From Eledone cirrhosa (taxonomy: Eukaryota), in contig OZ024745.1 of the NCBI GenBank assembly GCA_964016885.1, positions 108,624,001 through 108,688,000 on the forward strand: a DNA stretch of 64,000 nucleotides, in the 5' to 3' direction. The notes under the pieces were generated by a model that was not told the DNA's origin, did not search any database, and saw only the letters and a program-made list of their open reading frames with translations. Shown here one piece after another: positions 39,608 through 53,569 of this stretch (the first letter of the stretch is position 1; every line of letters starts with the position of its first letter). A program made the position numbers and the translations under genes.

Positions 39608-42600
39608 TTACAGACACATACTCAGAGTAGGCCCATTCACTCGGGCCATTCTTGCCTCTCTCACCCATCTTTCAACAAAATGCTGGGAAGAGAGCACTTC
39701 CCTCTCTACCCTGATTTTCCTTTTCAAATGAAATTTTAAAAAGTTAATCAGGGCATCACCGAAGAGGTAAGTGCTTGTCTTCAGCCCTTTCAAACGTGAC
39801 ACCATACTATCTCTTTCGCCATGGCCACCAGACAGATAAAAACTGCCTGCCCTTCCTGGCTAAAGGAAGAGGGCGGGGCAATCCTCACGATGGACTCAGC
39901 TGATAGCTGGATGCGTCCTACACGTGACAGCAGGTGTTGGACATAAACCCACAAGTCAGCAATGCTCGGACACTGGACGAGTGCGTGCAGGACGGTTTCG
40001 TCGCCCTGCGCGCATCTCGGACATGCCCGGCTGACGGCACCTCCATGCCTGTAGAGTTTATCCCGAACTGGCAAAGCTCCTCGGTAGCACTGCCAGGCCA
40101 GGGATTTCTGTAAGTTGTCCATAGGCCCCGGCCCTAAAGTTCTTCCGAAGAGATTGGCTAGTTGATTTTCGTCGACGCCTAGAGTTTCTCCAAGTACGTC
40201 ATCGCTCTTCCCCTCCACTAATCCTCTATAGAACGCCATGGTGGAGTTTCCACCGATCACATTGCCCGATTGGTCGAGGGCTGTGAGCGCCTGAAGACAT
40301 TCCAGTCTCCAAGCGCTCCCTCTCGGTCTTCGCTTGACCCAGGACTGCAGCTCTGTCAAGGAGACGAGCTGGGGAAAGACGCGTCTAGCAAACAGCGACC
40401 ACACCTGATCGCCGTCGAGGAAGAGGTGGAGATGTCGTAGCCTGAGTGCATGTCTGCACATCATCAGCCACGGCATGCCCAGCCCTCCACGTAGCGGGTG
40501 TTGCAGCAGATGGACCGCCTGACCATCGGAGCGCGTCCCTTCCACAAAACGCGAAAGAGCAAATGCTCCAGTGCAGTCAGGCGGGGCTTAGGACAAGGTA
40601 CGATGGTAGTAGATGATGGACGCGATGTACGCGTTAGCCACCTCCGCTCGACCTTTCAGGGATAGCTTCCTCTCCACCCATTTCTGGGTGAGAGAAACCA
40701 CCCTGCTCGTCACCTCGTCCCAGTTTTTGTCCGTCTGGAGGTCCGGACCGAACCAAACCCCTAGCAATTTAACTGGTCCGTCCGTCCAGCACCCGACGAC
40801 GCTGTTGGATGGCATGGACCTGCCTCTCCAGGTGCCGAGCTGCAGGCTCACTGACTTTTCCTGGTTGATCATTGCTCCTGTCACCGCTTCGTATTCTCTT
40901 AGTGTAGTGCCGATCGCCTCGATGTGTTTGGCATTCGAAACCACTACAGTGACATCATCTGCATATGCTGACACGGATCTTCCAAATCCTAGTTCGCGTG
41001 GGATCCCCCCCCCCCTTCAACGTCTCCAGTGTGTGCAGTAATGGGTCGAGAGTCAATACGTACAAGAGGAACTAGAGGGGACATCCTTGGCAGACCGAGC
41101 GCATGATGTTGACCGGTTCCGAAAGGTGACCGTTCACTCTCACCACAGAGCAGATGTTGATGTGCATGGCAGCGATCCAGCCTCTGAAGACGGGCCCAAA
41201 GCCAGCTGCCCTCAGGACTGCCGCTAGCTAACAATGGTCGACCCTATCGAAAGCTTTCGACTGATCTAAATTGATTAAGGACCCACACGTGCCAGGTTCC
41301 CTAGCTACCCTCTCCATGATGTATCGCATGAGGTAGAGGTTGTCGTGGATGGATCTGTCAGGAATGACGCATGTCTGCGCCTCTCCCAACAGACCACCAA
41401 CGACAAGCGCCAACCTCTTTGCTAGCACCTTCGCCAAAATCTTGAACTGTGTTTAGCAGAGTTATGGGCCTGAAATTATCTATGTTATCCCCCTTTTTCA
41501 GATCCTTTCTCAGCAACGCCCCCGCTCCTCGGCTCACAGAGCTGGGAATTCTCCCGTTCTGTTGCCAGTTGCAGTAGACGTCCGCCAAGACGCCTCCGAA
41601 CAAGTCTGGCATCTGTACGTAAAGTTCAGAAGGCAGACCATCCAAATCAGGCGATTTACCCCTTGTGCAGCCAGTCATTGCCTCCCGTACTTCAGCAGCT
41701 GTTATCGGCTTTTCGCAACACTCCGCCTCAGTGGCCGAGAGCCGCGGCAGTCCGTCGAGGTAGACACTAAAGTCCATCCCTCGATCCGGCCCGCCGCTGC
41801 CCCCGAACAGCTGAGGGAAGTGTCGCTGAAAAGTTTCACACATTTGCCCGGGATCGAGTAGCATGCGCCCGTCGTGGTCCACCAAAGACCGGATCGTGGC
41901 TTTGTTGCCACGATGCGCCTCCGCCACTCGGGGCCCATTGAACAGCTTTCGTCCCCTCGTGTCTGAGAGCACACACCCTAGCTCTGACAACGCAGCCTTT
42001 GTGCTTTGCATTGAAGAATTGGTCAAGGGCCAATTTCGCCGCAAGTACGTCGGTCGTGATGCCTTTGCTAAGCGCCTCGTCTAATTTTCTAACTAGTTCT
42101 TCCTCTGCTCTATTTTTCTCTATAGCTAAAGCCTTACTAAACCTAATGGACTCTATTCTAATCACTCTTTTCAGAGCAAACCACCACTTGTTTTTGACGA
42201 TGGCCCCCATCAACGCCCGCTTAACTAGTTCGCTAATCCGGCCTCTGTAGTCCTTGCGCGCTGGTAAGGACGCGTTTAGCTTCCAGTAGCCGGGTCCTTG
42301 TCTATGAAGCCTATCTAAGTCAACCACACAGATCACGAATTTGTGGTCCGTGTAGCTGACTATCTTGAATTGTGGACAGCCTATGCTAGACCTATCTATT
42401 TCCCTACAAAATACTCTATCTAGATATGATCTGGATGACCCGATATGGTTTGTGCAAGTCCACATTGGCACATTCGGGAAATCCAATCGGTACCTGTCAG
42501 ACAGTTCAAAACGCCTGAGCAGGTTGGTGAGGCTCTTGCACCCCCCTCCTCTATCCGCTAATCCCACACAGTCCCAGCGTGCATCTAAGATCCCGTTCCA

Positions 42601-43028
42601 GTCGCCCACTAACACTAAAGAGCGGGACATTCTAAGAAAGGTCTCCAGACGCCGGAAGAAATCAGGCCGCCCTGCTCTTGTCGGGGCATAGACGGCCACT
42701 AGCCTGAAAGCTTGCCCGTCTCCGCTGGTCATGTCCAGCACCACCAACTTACCTTCTGGGTTCAGGAAGGTGGCCCGTATGGTGAGATCCAAACCTCTCC
42801 GAAAAAGTGCAGCAACCCCCCCCCCCCCCCCGATCCAGGACGGCTGGGAGATGCGTACACATCGTAGCCACCAAAGATCGGTGCAAAGGCCCGTGCTTCG
42901 GAGATTCTGGTCTCGCTGATGGCCACCACATCTATGTTTAGTGACCTGAGGTGATTGAGCAGGTGGCTCTGCTTCCATGACGACCCCAAGCCATGCGCAT
43001 TTATGCTGCCTATTCTGAGTGCGGTCAT
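39608..43028 (-). pseudogene. LINE ORF2 (AP endonuclease, reverse transcriptase, C-terminal CCHC), frameshifted
   Basis: SINAHG, ISETR, GDWN, SYLDR, YTDH, GYWKLN, NFRPITLLN, LDQSKAFDRVDH, AYADD and CPRC...ETVLHALVQC, split across several ORFs. Confidence 0.92.
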
Positions 43029-43068
43029 GTTGAAAATGAGTGGAAAAGATGGGAAAGACCACTTACCT

Positions 43069-44606
43069 TACTTCTCGTAGAGGAAGGATGGTTCGTCCAT
43101 CCTTCTCACTGCTTGTGGCCTCCTCCGGAAGGATGTCCTTATAAATCCTCCTGTAGAGTGCATGTCAGGAGTCTCTGATGTCCTTGGGGAATTTTTGTTT
43201 TAGTGTTGTGTACGTTTTCTGTGCGATGCGAGTGATTTGTATGTGTGAAGGAGTGTGAATTTTTTTGGGGGTGTTGTGTAGTCTTTTTCTGTTATGCTGG
43301 TGTTATGTTGGATGTAGTGTAATAATTGGTTGTTGTTCAAATTTAATGCTGTGTAGTGTGTATCGTTTTGTTTTGTTTGCGTTTGTTGTGGGTTTGTTTC
43401 TGTTGCCGTTTTTGGTGACTTTTGTGGTGTTGGTGATGGTGGTGTTGGGGTTAATGATGGTGATGGTGTTGGTGTTTGTGGTGATGGGGTTGGTGATGCT
43501 GGTGTGGATGGTGGCATAACTGTTGTTGCTGCTATTTCTGCTGGTGGTGGTGTTGATGGTTGAGTCACTGGGGTGGGTAAGAGAGGTGGCCTCAACTTTT
43601 TTCCTGAGGACAGAAAGCCTTTAGGTGGGTTCCTTCACCACAAACGACACACCTAGGCCTTCTACCCTCAACGATTACGGTGAGGTGGCTGCCGTCAGTG
43701 AGGTCTATCACCTCTGGAATTTTCTCAATGCTTTTTTGGTCCGCTTGGATCAGGAGCTCCATCCCAGATCCGGACCAGTTCTCCTGCTTTTCTTTTGTTA
43801 TTTCAATTATTTTCGTGTTAGCCTCGATGCCAGCGAGGATGGCAGCCATAAGCCAGGGAATTTCGATGGCCGGTGGAACGTGGGTCACCCTTATCTTCAC
43901 GAGTCTCTGGTCACAATAGCTTGGGACGAGTGTGAAGTCGTTGCTTCTTAATGGGGCCATGGACTGCTCTCTGGCTTCCTGTGGTGTTCCAAAGAACACG
44001 TCCACGGTTCCATATTTCTGCCCACGTCTAATGTGGTTTTTTTTTCGCCCACACATGTCCCAAAGCTTTTTGTATTTGGGACTCGGATGCCTGTTCCACT
44101 CGGCGTGATTTTGTGTTTATCGTCCGATAAGACACGGTGCATAGGCGCCGATGCTCTATTTTATTAGGTGGGGCGGGAGGGGGGGGGGGGGATCTGACCC
44201 TGTACCCATCTTTTTTTACCATTCTCTTGGCTTCATTTAATTCATCCTGGCTTACCTCGATTGTTTCGCTTTTCTTGGCTGCTTTAGCAAACGACACATT
44301 TTGTTTTGCGGTGGTGTTGATGTTGTTATTCTCATTGTTGTTGTTGTTGCTGTTGTTGTTGCTGTTATTTTTAGTTTCAGTTGTGTCAGTGGTGTTCGGC
44401 GTGGAAGAGTCGATTCTGGGTGAATCCATTTTGATGTCACGAGATAATTTATTGTTTTGGGTTTCTGTTGTCGTTGTGGTAGTGGTGTTGGTGATGGTTG
44501 TATCAGTGGTGTGCGTTGTTATTTTTGACATTGTGGTGGTGGGGGTGGCGGCTTTAACACCTGCAGTTATTGGTAATGGCGGGAAATCCATGTCTTTATG
44601 CGACAA
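43069..44606 (-). pseudogene. LINE ORF1 (gag-like nucleic-acid-binding protein), frameshifted
   Basis: CVVCGEGTHLKAFC (CX2CX4HX4C); pieces at 44028-44606, 43592-44056 and 43200-43595; 3' end approximate. Confidence 0.8.
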
Positions 44607-44979
44607 TTCTAAATAATTTAGACTGCTATTAATTATATTTTCAGTGTTGGGAACCGTAGCAAGGCTTACAATGGTGATGGTGGAGGGTAGGGGGGGGGCG
44701 TTGGTCTGTTAAAACCAGTAAATTTGTTGTCCATGTTTTTTTCAAAGAAATATTTTGTTTGATAAATAAAAAGTTTAAGTTTTGGGCTCAAGGCCCCAAT
44801 ATTTTTTGTGTCCTTTTCAGAAAGCAATATATGGGAACTGATAAACACTTAACAGCAAAAAGTTTTCATAACTGGTAATTTGAAACAACTGAAAACAACA
44901 AACCTTTGCCGAGCTCACAATAATACGATTTCCTACGTAGGTCGCCAATAATAATAATAATAATGATAATAATAATAAT

Positions 44980-46280
44980 TGATTGTACTTTAGGCACAAG
45001 GCAAGAAATTTGAATGGGAGGGGAAAGTTGATTAAATCGACCCCAGTGCATTACTGGTGCTTTATTTTATCGACCCTGTAAGGATGAAAAGCAAAGCTAA
45101 CCTCGCCATGATTTGAATTCAGAACGTAAAGGGCCGTAACTATGATGCAAAGCATATCCGATGCTCTACCAATACTGCCAATCCACTGCCCTATCAATAA
45201 TAATAATAAATATATTTATCAATCCCCACAAACCACAATATATCTTCCAAGGAAATAGAGAAACTCTCCAAATGTAGAGATAGAAATAACTCAAATGTGG
45301 AAAATGAAAACAGAAACAATACCTATAATAATAGGTGCTCTAGAAATGATTTTAAAAAACCCAGACAAATACATAACCCAAACCCCAGGACTTACAAATA
45401 TATACAACATACAAAAGATAGCACTACTAGGCACTCCACATATATTACGAAGAGTACTTTCAATACAATAGAAACAACACCAGCAAAAACTACACTGCTC
45501 ATACCAAAGGGGCCCAGAGCTGTGCACAGTAAATTAGTAATGATGCGCAATAATAATAATGTTTCTATTTTAGGCACAAGGCCAGCAATTACCCAGTGCA
45601 TTACTGGTACTTTATTTTATCGACCCTGTAAGCATGAAAGGCAAAGTCAACCTCAGCGGGATTTGAACTCAGAATGGCAAGGGCCGTAACTCTATGCGCC
45701 AAAGCATGGTGTCCGACCCTCTACCGATACTGCCAATCCACCGCCCATGGTCAATAAAATATTATCGACGCCATAAGGATGAAAGGCAAAGTTAACCTCG
45801 GCGGGATTTGAACTCAGATCGTAAAGGGACGTAACTATGCTGGAAAGCATGGCGTCCGACCCTCTACCGATACTGCCAATCCACCGCCCTGATATGCCCT
45901 AATAATAATAATAATAATATTTCTACTTTTGACACAACGCCATTATTGGTGCTTTATTTTATTGACTTGTAAGGATGAAAGGCAAAGCTAACCATGGTGG
46001 GATTTGGACTCAGAAAGTAAAGAGCCATAACTCTATGCTGTAAAGCATGGTGTCTAATGCTCTACCGATACTGCCAAAATGGCTTCTGATTTAGGTGCAA
46101 GACCAAACATTTTGAGTAGACGAGAAAGTAGATCTAAACAACCCAAATACTTGACTAGCAATCTATCTTAACCTTGGAAGGATGGATGGCAAAGTTGACC
46201 TTAGTCGGATTTGAACACAGCTGTAACTAAATGCTGGATCATTTTGTCCAGCACTCTAATGATTGTGTCAATCCACCTAG
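44980..46280 (-). mobile_element. Cluster of SINE A copies
   Basis: Copies at about 44980-45192, 45556-45747, 45762-45890, 45918-46077, and a diverged copy to about 46280. Confidence 0.85.
45215..45548 (+). mobile_element. 3' fragment of an RLE-type non-LTR element (R4/Dong-like)
   Basis: PTNHNISSKEIEKLSK / IEITQMWKMKTETIPIIIGAL...IQKIALLGTPHILRRVL*; (AAT)n on both sides. Confidence 0.75.
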
Positions 46281-46914
46281 TAATTGTGAATAGTATATTA
46301 TAGGGGACAAAGTAATTGTGAATAGTATATTATAGGGGATCAAACAGAAACAATAATGTAAAGGGGTAGGACTAAAGAATAGCAGAAGTATAATGTGGAA
46401 TGTTATGTTTGGAAAATAAAAAAAGAACAACATACATAGCTCCTTATCTTCCATATAGGGACATTTTTGTGCCATTTTTTTTTTTGGGGGGGGGGGATAA
46501 CTTTTGTGTATGAGACGGTGGACAGTATGGGTAACAAATCTGGTTTATATTTTATTGGAGGATTTTAAAGACCGAAAAAGAAGACTATAGGATTGAACTT
46601 ATTTCTTTTGTTGTTGAAACAAAAACATTTGAAAATATATTAAATCGCTGCAGATGTAAGAAAAAGCAATGAAGAAAGATTGAGAAATGTTCAGCCCTTC
46701 ATTAAATGAAGAACTGTCAGAGAGAAATGATTTCAATGTCACCAATACTGGCATCATCATCAAAGGCATCAATACTTTTGTCATTATCATTATCATCCTA
46801 CATTTTTATCATCTTTGTAATCCTTCATTCTCTTCCCCCTCCTCCACGTCATCATCATCATCATCGACAAAAGCAACAGTAGCAATATTCTTATATTCAT
46901 CCTCACTATCCTAA

Positions 46915-47560
46915 ACATCTTCACCATCATCATCATCAGCCTCGTCATCACCACCATCTTCACCATCATCATTACACAGTTAACCCTATTATCATTGTCA
47001 CAGTCACCACCACCACCACCACTACCACCACCACCACTACCACCACCCCCACCGTCACCACCACCACCACCAGCCTCGTCATCACCACCATCTTCACCAT
47101 CATCATTACAGTTAACCATATTATCATTGTCACAGTCACCACAACCACCACCACCACCCCATCATCATCACCACCAGCCTCGTCATCACCACCATCTTCA
47201 CCATCATCATTACAGTTAACCCTATTATCATTGTCACCACCACCACCACCACCACCCCATCATCATCACCAGCCTCGTCATCACCACCATCTTCACCATC
47301 ATCATTACAGTTAACCCTATTATCATTGTCACAGTCACAACCACCACCACCACCACTACCACCACCACCACTACCACCACCACCACCCCATCATCATCAT
47401 CACCAGCCTCGTCATCACCACCATCATCATTACAGTTAACCCTATTATCATTGTCACAGTCACAACCACCACCACCACCACCACCACCACCACCCCATCA
47501 TCATCACCAGCAGCCTCGTCATCACCACCATCTTCACCACCATCATCATCATCATCATTA
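46915..47560. repeat. Higher-order tandem repeat (about 95-135 bp units) built on CAC/CAT triplets
   Basis: Recurrent CAGCCTCGTCATCACCACCATC...CAGTTAACCCTATTATCATTGTCAC, 5-6 copies. Confidence 0.9.
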
Positions 47561-47901
47561 TCATCCTTATCATCACCATAGTCATCTTCCCTGTTGTCAA
47601 GTGATCAGCTACTTACAATTCATTTTGGTCAATTCAACATGATCACTTGATCAGTAAAGGGTTTTCATTATGGTGAAATGTTGTCCATTCCTGCAGGGAG
47701 AGGAACTCAATTGTGTAGCTATTCAACAAAGCTGGCAATTAGAAAGGTTCTGGCTAGCTAGCTATGAGTGGGTCAATATAGCCTGTGGCCATAACACCAT
47801 AGGTGAAATGGCAGTAAACAGGCTAAAAACAATGATAGAGAACACTGTCTTCAGGGTAGATGTCAATCAACATGGTCAGTCATGCTGAATAGTAGCATAA
47901 T

Positions 47902-47933
<32 letters not shown>

Positions 47934-47944
47934 TAGATAGATAT

Positions 47945-48220
47945 GTTTCTTTTATTTGCCACCAGGGCATCAAAAGTGGGACAAGTACAATGGGGGGAGT
48001 TTACAAAACAAGGCGTCCTCAATAAGGAGGAGGCAATAACAATATATAAAAATAAAATAAAATATAACAAAAAATAAAATTTATAACAAAGTCCTCAATA
48101 GAGAAGAGGCGCCTTGGGGGGTCGCACACACACCCGAAAAAAGTTTGCAACCCTTTTCCTCGGGAGCACAGAGAAGGGGTGCTCCCTTTGTCTTTCATCT
48201 TCCTCACCTATAGTCTGATG
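47945..48220 (-). mobile_element. Tx1-like LINE 3'UTR fragment inside a (GATA)n tract
   Basis: Similar to 53570-53860 and to the 3' end of the 39 kb LINE; AATAAA followed by (ATCT)n. Confidence 0.65.
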
Positions 48221-48221
48221 T

Positions 48222-48256
<35 letters not shown>

Positions 48257-48911
48257 GGAGAGAGAAGTAGATAGAAAGAGAAAGAGAGACAAGTAGTTTG
48301 ATTGACAGACAGACAGACAGACAGAGAGGGAGACAAGTAGATAGATAGATTGATTAACAAACAGACAGATAGATAGAGAGAGAGAGAGAAATAGACACAT
48401 AGATAGATAAATAGACAAACAGAGAGAGAAATAGTTGGGTAGGTAGATAGATAAAACAAGCAGTCAAACTGATAAATGGATAGATAGATAGATAGATAGA
48501 TAGATGGGTAAATTGATAGACAGACAGATAAATAGATGGGTAAATAGCCATACAGGTAGATAGAAACCAGGGAGAGAGAGAGATAGAGGTAGATATATGT
48601 GTAGGTGGAGAGAGAGAGAGAGAGAGAAATGGATATAGAGATAGATAGAGCGATAGAAATATAGCAGATAACTAGATAGAGAGACAGGAAGAGATAAAAA
48701 AAAACAGGTTGATAGAAAAATAGATATGAAGAGACATAGATTAAAACTTCACATAAAATCATTGGTCATGCTGATGTATGACATTCCTATTTCAGAGTGA
48801 TTCTTATTTTATCAATCTCCCTTTGTCAAATTGCTAAGTTAAATTTTTTGACATGATCTTTTACAGTTTTTTAATGACACTGATTTTCACACACACACAC
48901 ACATATATATA

Positions 48912-49796
48912 CAGTCTGCGGACAATATCTGTTTGCAAGATTACTGTCTAGGAAAAAATAACACAATAGTTTTATTTTTTAAGATATATTTATCAAACTT
49001 GGGTCAGTTTGTCTTCATGACTTGTTCTTTCGATCTCACTCGATGAACCCGCCATTGGCTTTGATGATGGCCTCAAGGCGGCCTCGAAACCGGCTACAGG
49101 CCCTCGTCACTGTCCCCCGACTTAGGCCCCTAAAGGCACTTGTGATCCTGGCCTTCAGATCGTCTTTCATAGTGCAGCTAGATCTGTTGGCATCTCGTTC
49201 CACTGCGCCCCACACAAAGAAGTCGAGGGGGGTTGCAGTCAGGCAAGCTGGGAGGCGAGATGTCAGGTGAAGTGTGGTCGACGAAGTTCTCTGACAGCCA
49301 GGCTTGGGTCTTTCGGCTGGTATGGCAGGGCGCTGAGTCTTGCTACCACACGTACACCCTACTTGCAGCTTCCTGGTCAAACCAGGGCTTTACTACCTCG
49401 CTCAGAACGTGGATGTGTTCAGCTTGAGGCCCTCAGGGAAGAAGTGAGGTGGCATGACGTCACCTTGACTGCTAACGACACCTAAGACTAATGTTGTCGC
49501 TGGAAACTTTGTCTGCATGACTCTGGGCACGTCTTTAGATGAGACACCATTCTCCTGCTGACACTGAGAAAGTCTGAAATTTCCTTATTTGTCCTCCTGG
49601 CGCGGATTCCAAGAAGAACTCCGTGTCTCTTCCACAAATTTGCAAGTTCAAAATTATTCATAATCAAATATTCTGAAAATAAATAATGGAAATATAATAT
49701 AGTCACTGTTTTTATGAAGACAAGAGTGACAACGAAAGCCAAAAAAATTTGCATAAAATTAGCAGTTGAAAATTACGAACAAATATCATCCACACC

Positions 49797-49799
<3 letters not shown>
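48912..49799 (-). mobile_element. Internally deleted Tc1/mariner-superfamily transposon, DD37D (maT-like)
   Basis: TA flanks; imperfect TIRs CAGTCTGCGGACAATATCTGTT / CAGGGTGTGGATGATATTTGTT; remnant W*QDSAPCHT...PDCNPLDFFVWG...ANGGFIE, 37 residues between the last two Asp after correcting one frameshift. Confidence 0.88.
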
Positions 49800-49846
<47 letters not shown>

Positions 49847-50197
49847 CGTATATATTTCTGTAAAAGACAAATTTATTAAACTATTTTTTAAGGTTAAATT
49901 TATGTTCAAATTCCATTGCCACTTTCTAATCATGCGATGTTTACATATATATATATATATATATACACGAAATTTCGCCTAATGCATTGGTCAACTCGAA
50001 GCTAAAGTAGATGACACTTGCCCAAGGTGCCATGCAGTGGGACTAAACCATGTGTGTGTGTGTGTGTCTGTTTCTATATGAGCAAGACACTGTCACCTGA
50101 CCCAACTTCCCTCTAATGGGACAACTCATCTAACCAATGTTAGCATAGCAAATAGACATTAAACGATGATGATGATTGATATATATATCATTTAATG

Positions 50198-50248
<51 letters not shown>

Positions 50249-50386
50249 CAAGGATGAATGGTTACTCCTTCATTACGTTTATTGGTTGGTGATGTGCGTT
50301 GTATTATTATAATACACTCTGTCTAGCTCTACACCTCAATACTGAAGTGAACCTAAACATCGAGTGCTCACCTGGGTGAACCTACA

Positions 50387-50454
50387 GCACCTTCGTGTTA
50401 CACTCTCTGGATATATATATATATATATATCCAGAGAGTCTAACATGAAGTTGC
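50387..50454. repeat. Palindrome centred on (AT)10
   Basis: GTTACACTCTCTGG-(AT)n-CCAGAGAGTCTAAC. Confidence 0.9.
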
Positions 50455-50644
50455 TCCCAAATTTTTCATATATATATATATGAAAAATTTTGGACCCCGA
50501 CAGCTGAGTTCCTGCTGTTCAACAGCTAGATCGACCACGTTGGGGTCCCAAATTTTTCATATTACCCACTCTACTACCCCATGTATCGAGTACTTTGGTG
50601 AGTAATGGTCTAACTAGTTTTTACTGTATTCATTCATATTTATA

Positions 50645-50862
50645 TCATCATCATCATCATTTTACGTCCACTTTTCCCTGCTTGCAAGGGTGGGACGGGA
50701 ACTGATTCTGGCTTGATTTCTACAGATGGATGCCCTTCCTAACACCAACCTCATTTACAGTGAGTGCTGGGTACTTTTTTGCCGTGGCACCTCCACGACC
50801 ACTTTGCAGTGGAATGATAGGGACCCCAGTCCCTATCATCTCATTTCTACAGCTGAGTAAAC
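50645..50862 (-). mobile_element. SINE family B, 3' part
   Basis: Reverse complement of about 27370-27590. Confidence 0.85.
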
Positions 50863-51549
50863 TATATATATATATATATGATCATCATCGTTGTCGTTTA
50901 ACGTCCATCTTCCACGCTAGCATGGGTTAGACGGTGTTGTGTACGGTTTTGTTCCCTTTGATACGGGATATATGATATATCATATGCACATAACACGTGT
51001 GTGTGTGTGTGTGAGTGTGATTTTGGGGTGGAGAGAGAAAGAGGAATGAGAAAAAATATAGAATTGCGTGTAAGTATTAGATGGAATGATGTTGGTGGAT
51101 TCATTGTTGTTTTTGTTTAACATTAAGCCAGCCTTCATCCAACAGATCTAGGATCAAAGATATTTTAGCTGTGAGCTGTGACTGACCATCCTATCTTTTT
51201 CCCTATGTGTACGGTACATAAAACCATGTCATCCAAACGTGGCCTTTGTAAGGACAGTAGGGTGTAATTTGAGGGAGAATTACTTGCTAGTTGTATCAGA
51301 ATTGAATTATCACATAGAGCCTTCATGCTGTTGGCACTTATGATGGTTATGGTTGAAGTGTGTGGATGTCTGAAGGTGGAAGGAGTGGTAGGGAAGTAGA
51401 CTGCAATGATCCTAAGAAGTGAACACGTTCCTAACATATTTACTGGAGACACTGAGGTGAAGATACACAATATACTATTATCTTGAAAGCTGTAACTGTA
51501 TTTGTGTTTGTGTTAGGGTATATGTATGGATGTGTATATCTCTGTGTGC

Positions 51550-51595
<46 letters not shown>

Positions 51596-52374
51596 TGGTG
51601 TGTGTGTGCCTTTATGTGTACATAGGGTTGTATATGTGTTTATCAGTGTATCGGTGTGTATGTTAGTGTGTTTATGTTTATGTGCATGCTAGTATGTGTG
51701 TGTATGCATTTCTGGTTGTGTGTGAAGTTGTGTGAGTACGTTCTTTTTGACTTTAGATCTTATTCAATGCAGGGAGAGCAGAACATGGCTTTTGTTTGAG
51801 GAAAGGAAACAAGACATCATATATCAGGATGTGCTGCTAAACCCTGCTCCAAGCTAATAATGTAACCTCTACATAGTCAATCAACATGTTAGTAATAGCA
51901 GCCAAATCTCCCTCGAATTACCATCTTTACCATCTTAAAAATGTAACTGTGTATGTGTCTAAAATAAATAGAATGGTCACAAGGTCACAATAGGGATGCT
52001 TTTTTATCATAGGTGCATTCATAGGACTACTGTTAGGGGTGGGGGTGGGGGTGGGGGCATGGAACAGACAGACAGGCAGGCCGACAGGCAAACAAACAGA
52101 TAGATAGATTGACTGGTAGATAAATAGATATTGTCAGCAGAGGTAACAATTCTCTGATTCTGATATATCCACCTTCACTACTAGCAAACCTTCTGAGCAT
52201 TTCACATGTACCATTACAGCTGACTATTCCTGTGTATCTGTTAAAAACAAATTTATCTTCTCTGTCAATGAAAACAGTGCAATAACTTGACAGCACACAT
52301 ATACATATATCTTAGATCTTTTGATACAATCTTGTCCCAAAACAGTTCTAATTCTATGATCCAAAACCACCCAT

Positions 52375-52603
52375 TTAAACCCTTTAGCATTTAAACTGGC
52401 CATATCTGGCCAGAATTCTCTCACTTTTTTTTGTTCAAACCGACTGTAATCGGCTGCTCATACTGACATTAAGGTATTGTTCTCAAAATAATAAAATCAA
52501 AATCTCATAGATCCAATATTATGTGAAATAATTATGTGAGGTAAAGCCTTTACCATGAAAATATGTTAGTTAATAAATGTAAATATGTAAATGCTAAAGG
52601 ATC
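52375..52603. mobile_element. piggyBac-like MITE
   Basis: Family body, degenerate ends. Confidence 0.8.
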
Positions 52604-52930
52604 AAAAAGATTCCTATTTAAATTGAAATCTTCCAACAAAAGTTCATGTAAGAACCATATGTTAATTTACTTACCTTAGTAATGAAATAATTTTACTAAG
52701 TTTTTCAAATGTTTTCATTAATTAATTGAAATAGAGAGTATCTTATAAGAAATACAGTTATGAAAGGGATAATATACTTCAGTGAATGTCTGTTCTCAAG
52801 TGCAGGTCATAGTTTTGCACTCAGTTATAGTACTACTAAAATCTTCAATGCCAGATTAAAAAAAAAATTTAACAGTTAAGTTTATATTTTGATTATTAAT
52901 CTAACTTCATATAATTGAAATGCCACATAT

Positions 52931-53228
52931 ATGCAATCGAAAGGTTGTGAGTTCAATTCTCAGACCGGGTGATGTGTTGTTTCCTTGAGCAAGACACTTT
53001 ATTTCATATTGCTCCAGTTTACTCAGCTGTAGAAATGAGATGATAGGGACTGGGGTCGCTATCATTCCACTGCAAAGTGGTCGTGGAGGTGCCACGGCAA
53101 AAAAAAAGCACCCAGCACTCACTGTAAATGAGGTAGGTGTTAGGAAGTCAAGCCAGCATCAGTTCCCGTCCCACCCTTGCAAGCAGGGAAAAAGTGGACG
53201 TAAAATGAAATGATGATGATGATGATGA
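52931..53228 (+). mobile_element. SINE family B, 5'-truncated
   Basis: Near-identical to 27284-27590. Confidence 0.85.
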
Positions 53229-53569
53229 TTCTCTCAGCAAGCTGCATGTAGCTTGCCTTACCCTCCGATCCTACCCCATCACTCACATCACTGCCTCTAT
53301 AGCATGGCCAAGAATACTGGTGCTATGATAAAAAGCACCCAGTCCACACTAAAGTGGTAGTGTTAGTGTAGTGACAAAAACAAAAACCTAAAATCCAACA
53401 AACAACCAGTCCATCCTGTAAGATGATAGAACTGGAGTCATGATAACATGCTCCTATGACATGCCATAAAGTAGTTGGCTTTAGAAACAGCATTGAAACA
53501 TAGAAACCAAGTCAAAACAGAACATATGAGCAAGACATAGACACCTGATTGGTCAAGCTTCAGAGAGTT

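Larger units (their letters stand above)
39355..44946 (-). mobile_element. Full-length Tx1/L1-clade non-LTR retrotransposon, inactivated
   Basis: 5'UTR, ORF1 with a CCHC knuckle, ORF2 with APE-RT-zinc finger, 3'UTR with AATAAA; both ends abut (ATT)n-type repeats. Confidence 0.9.
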
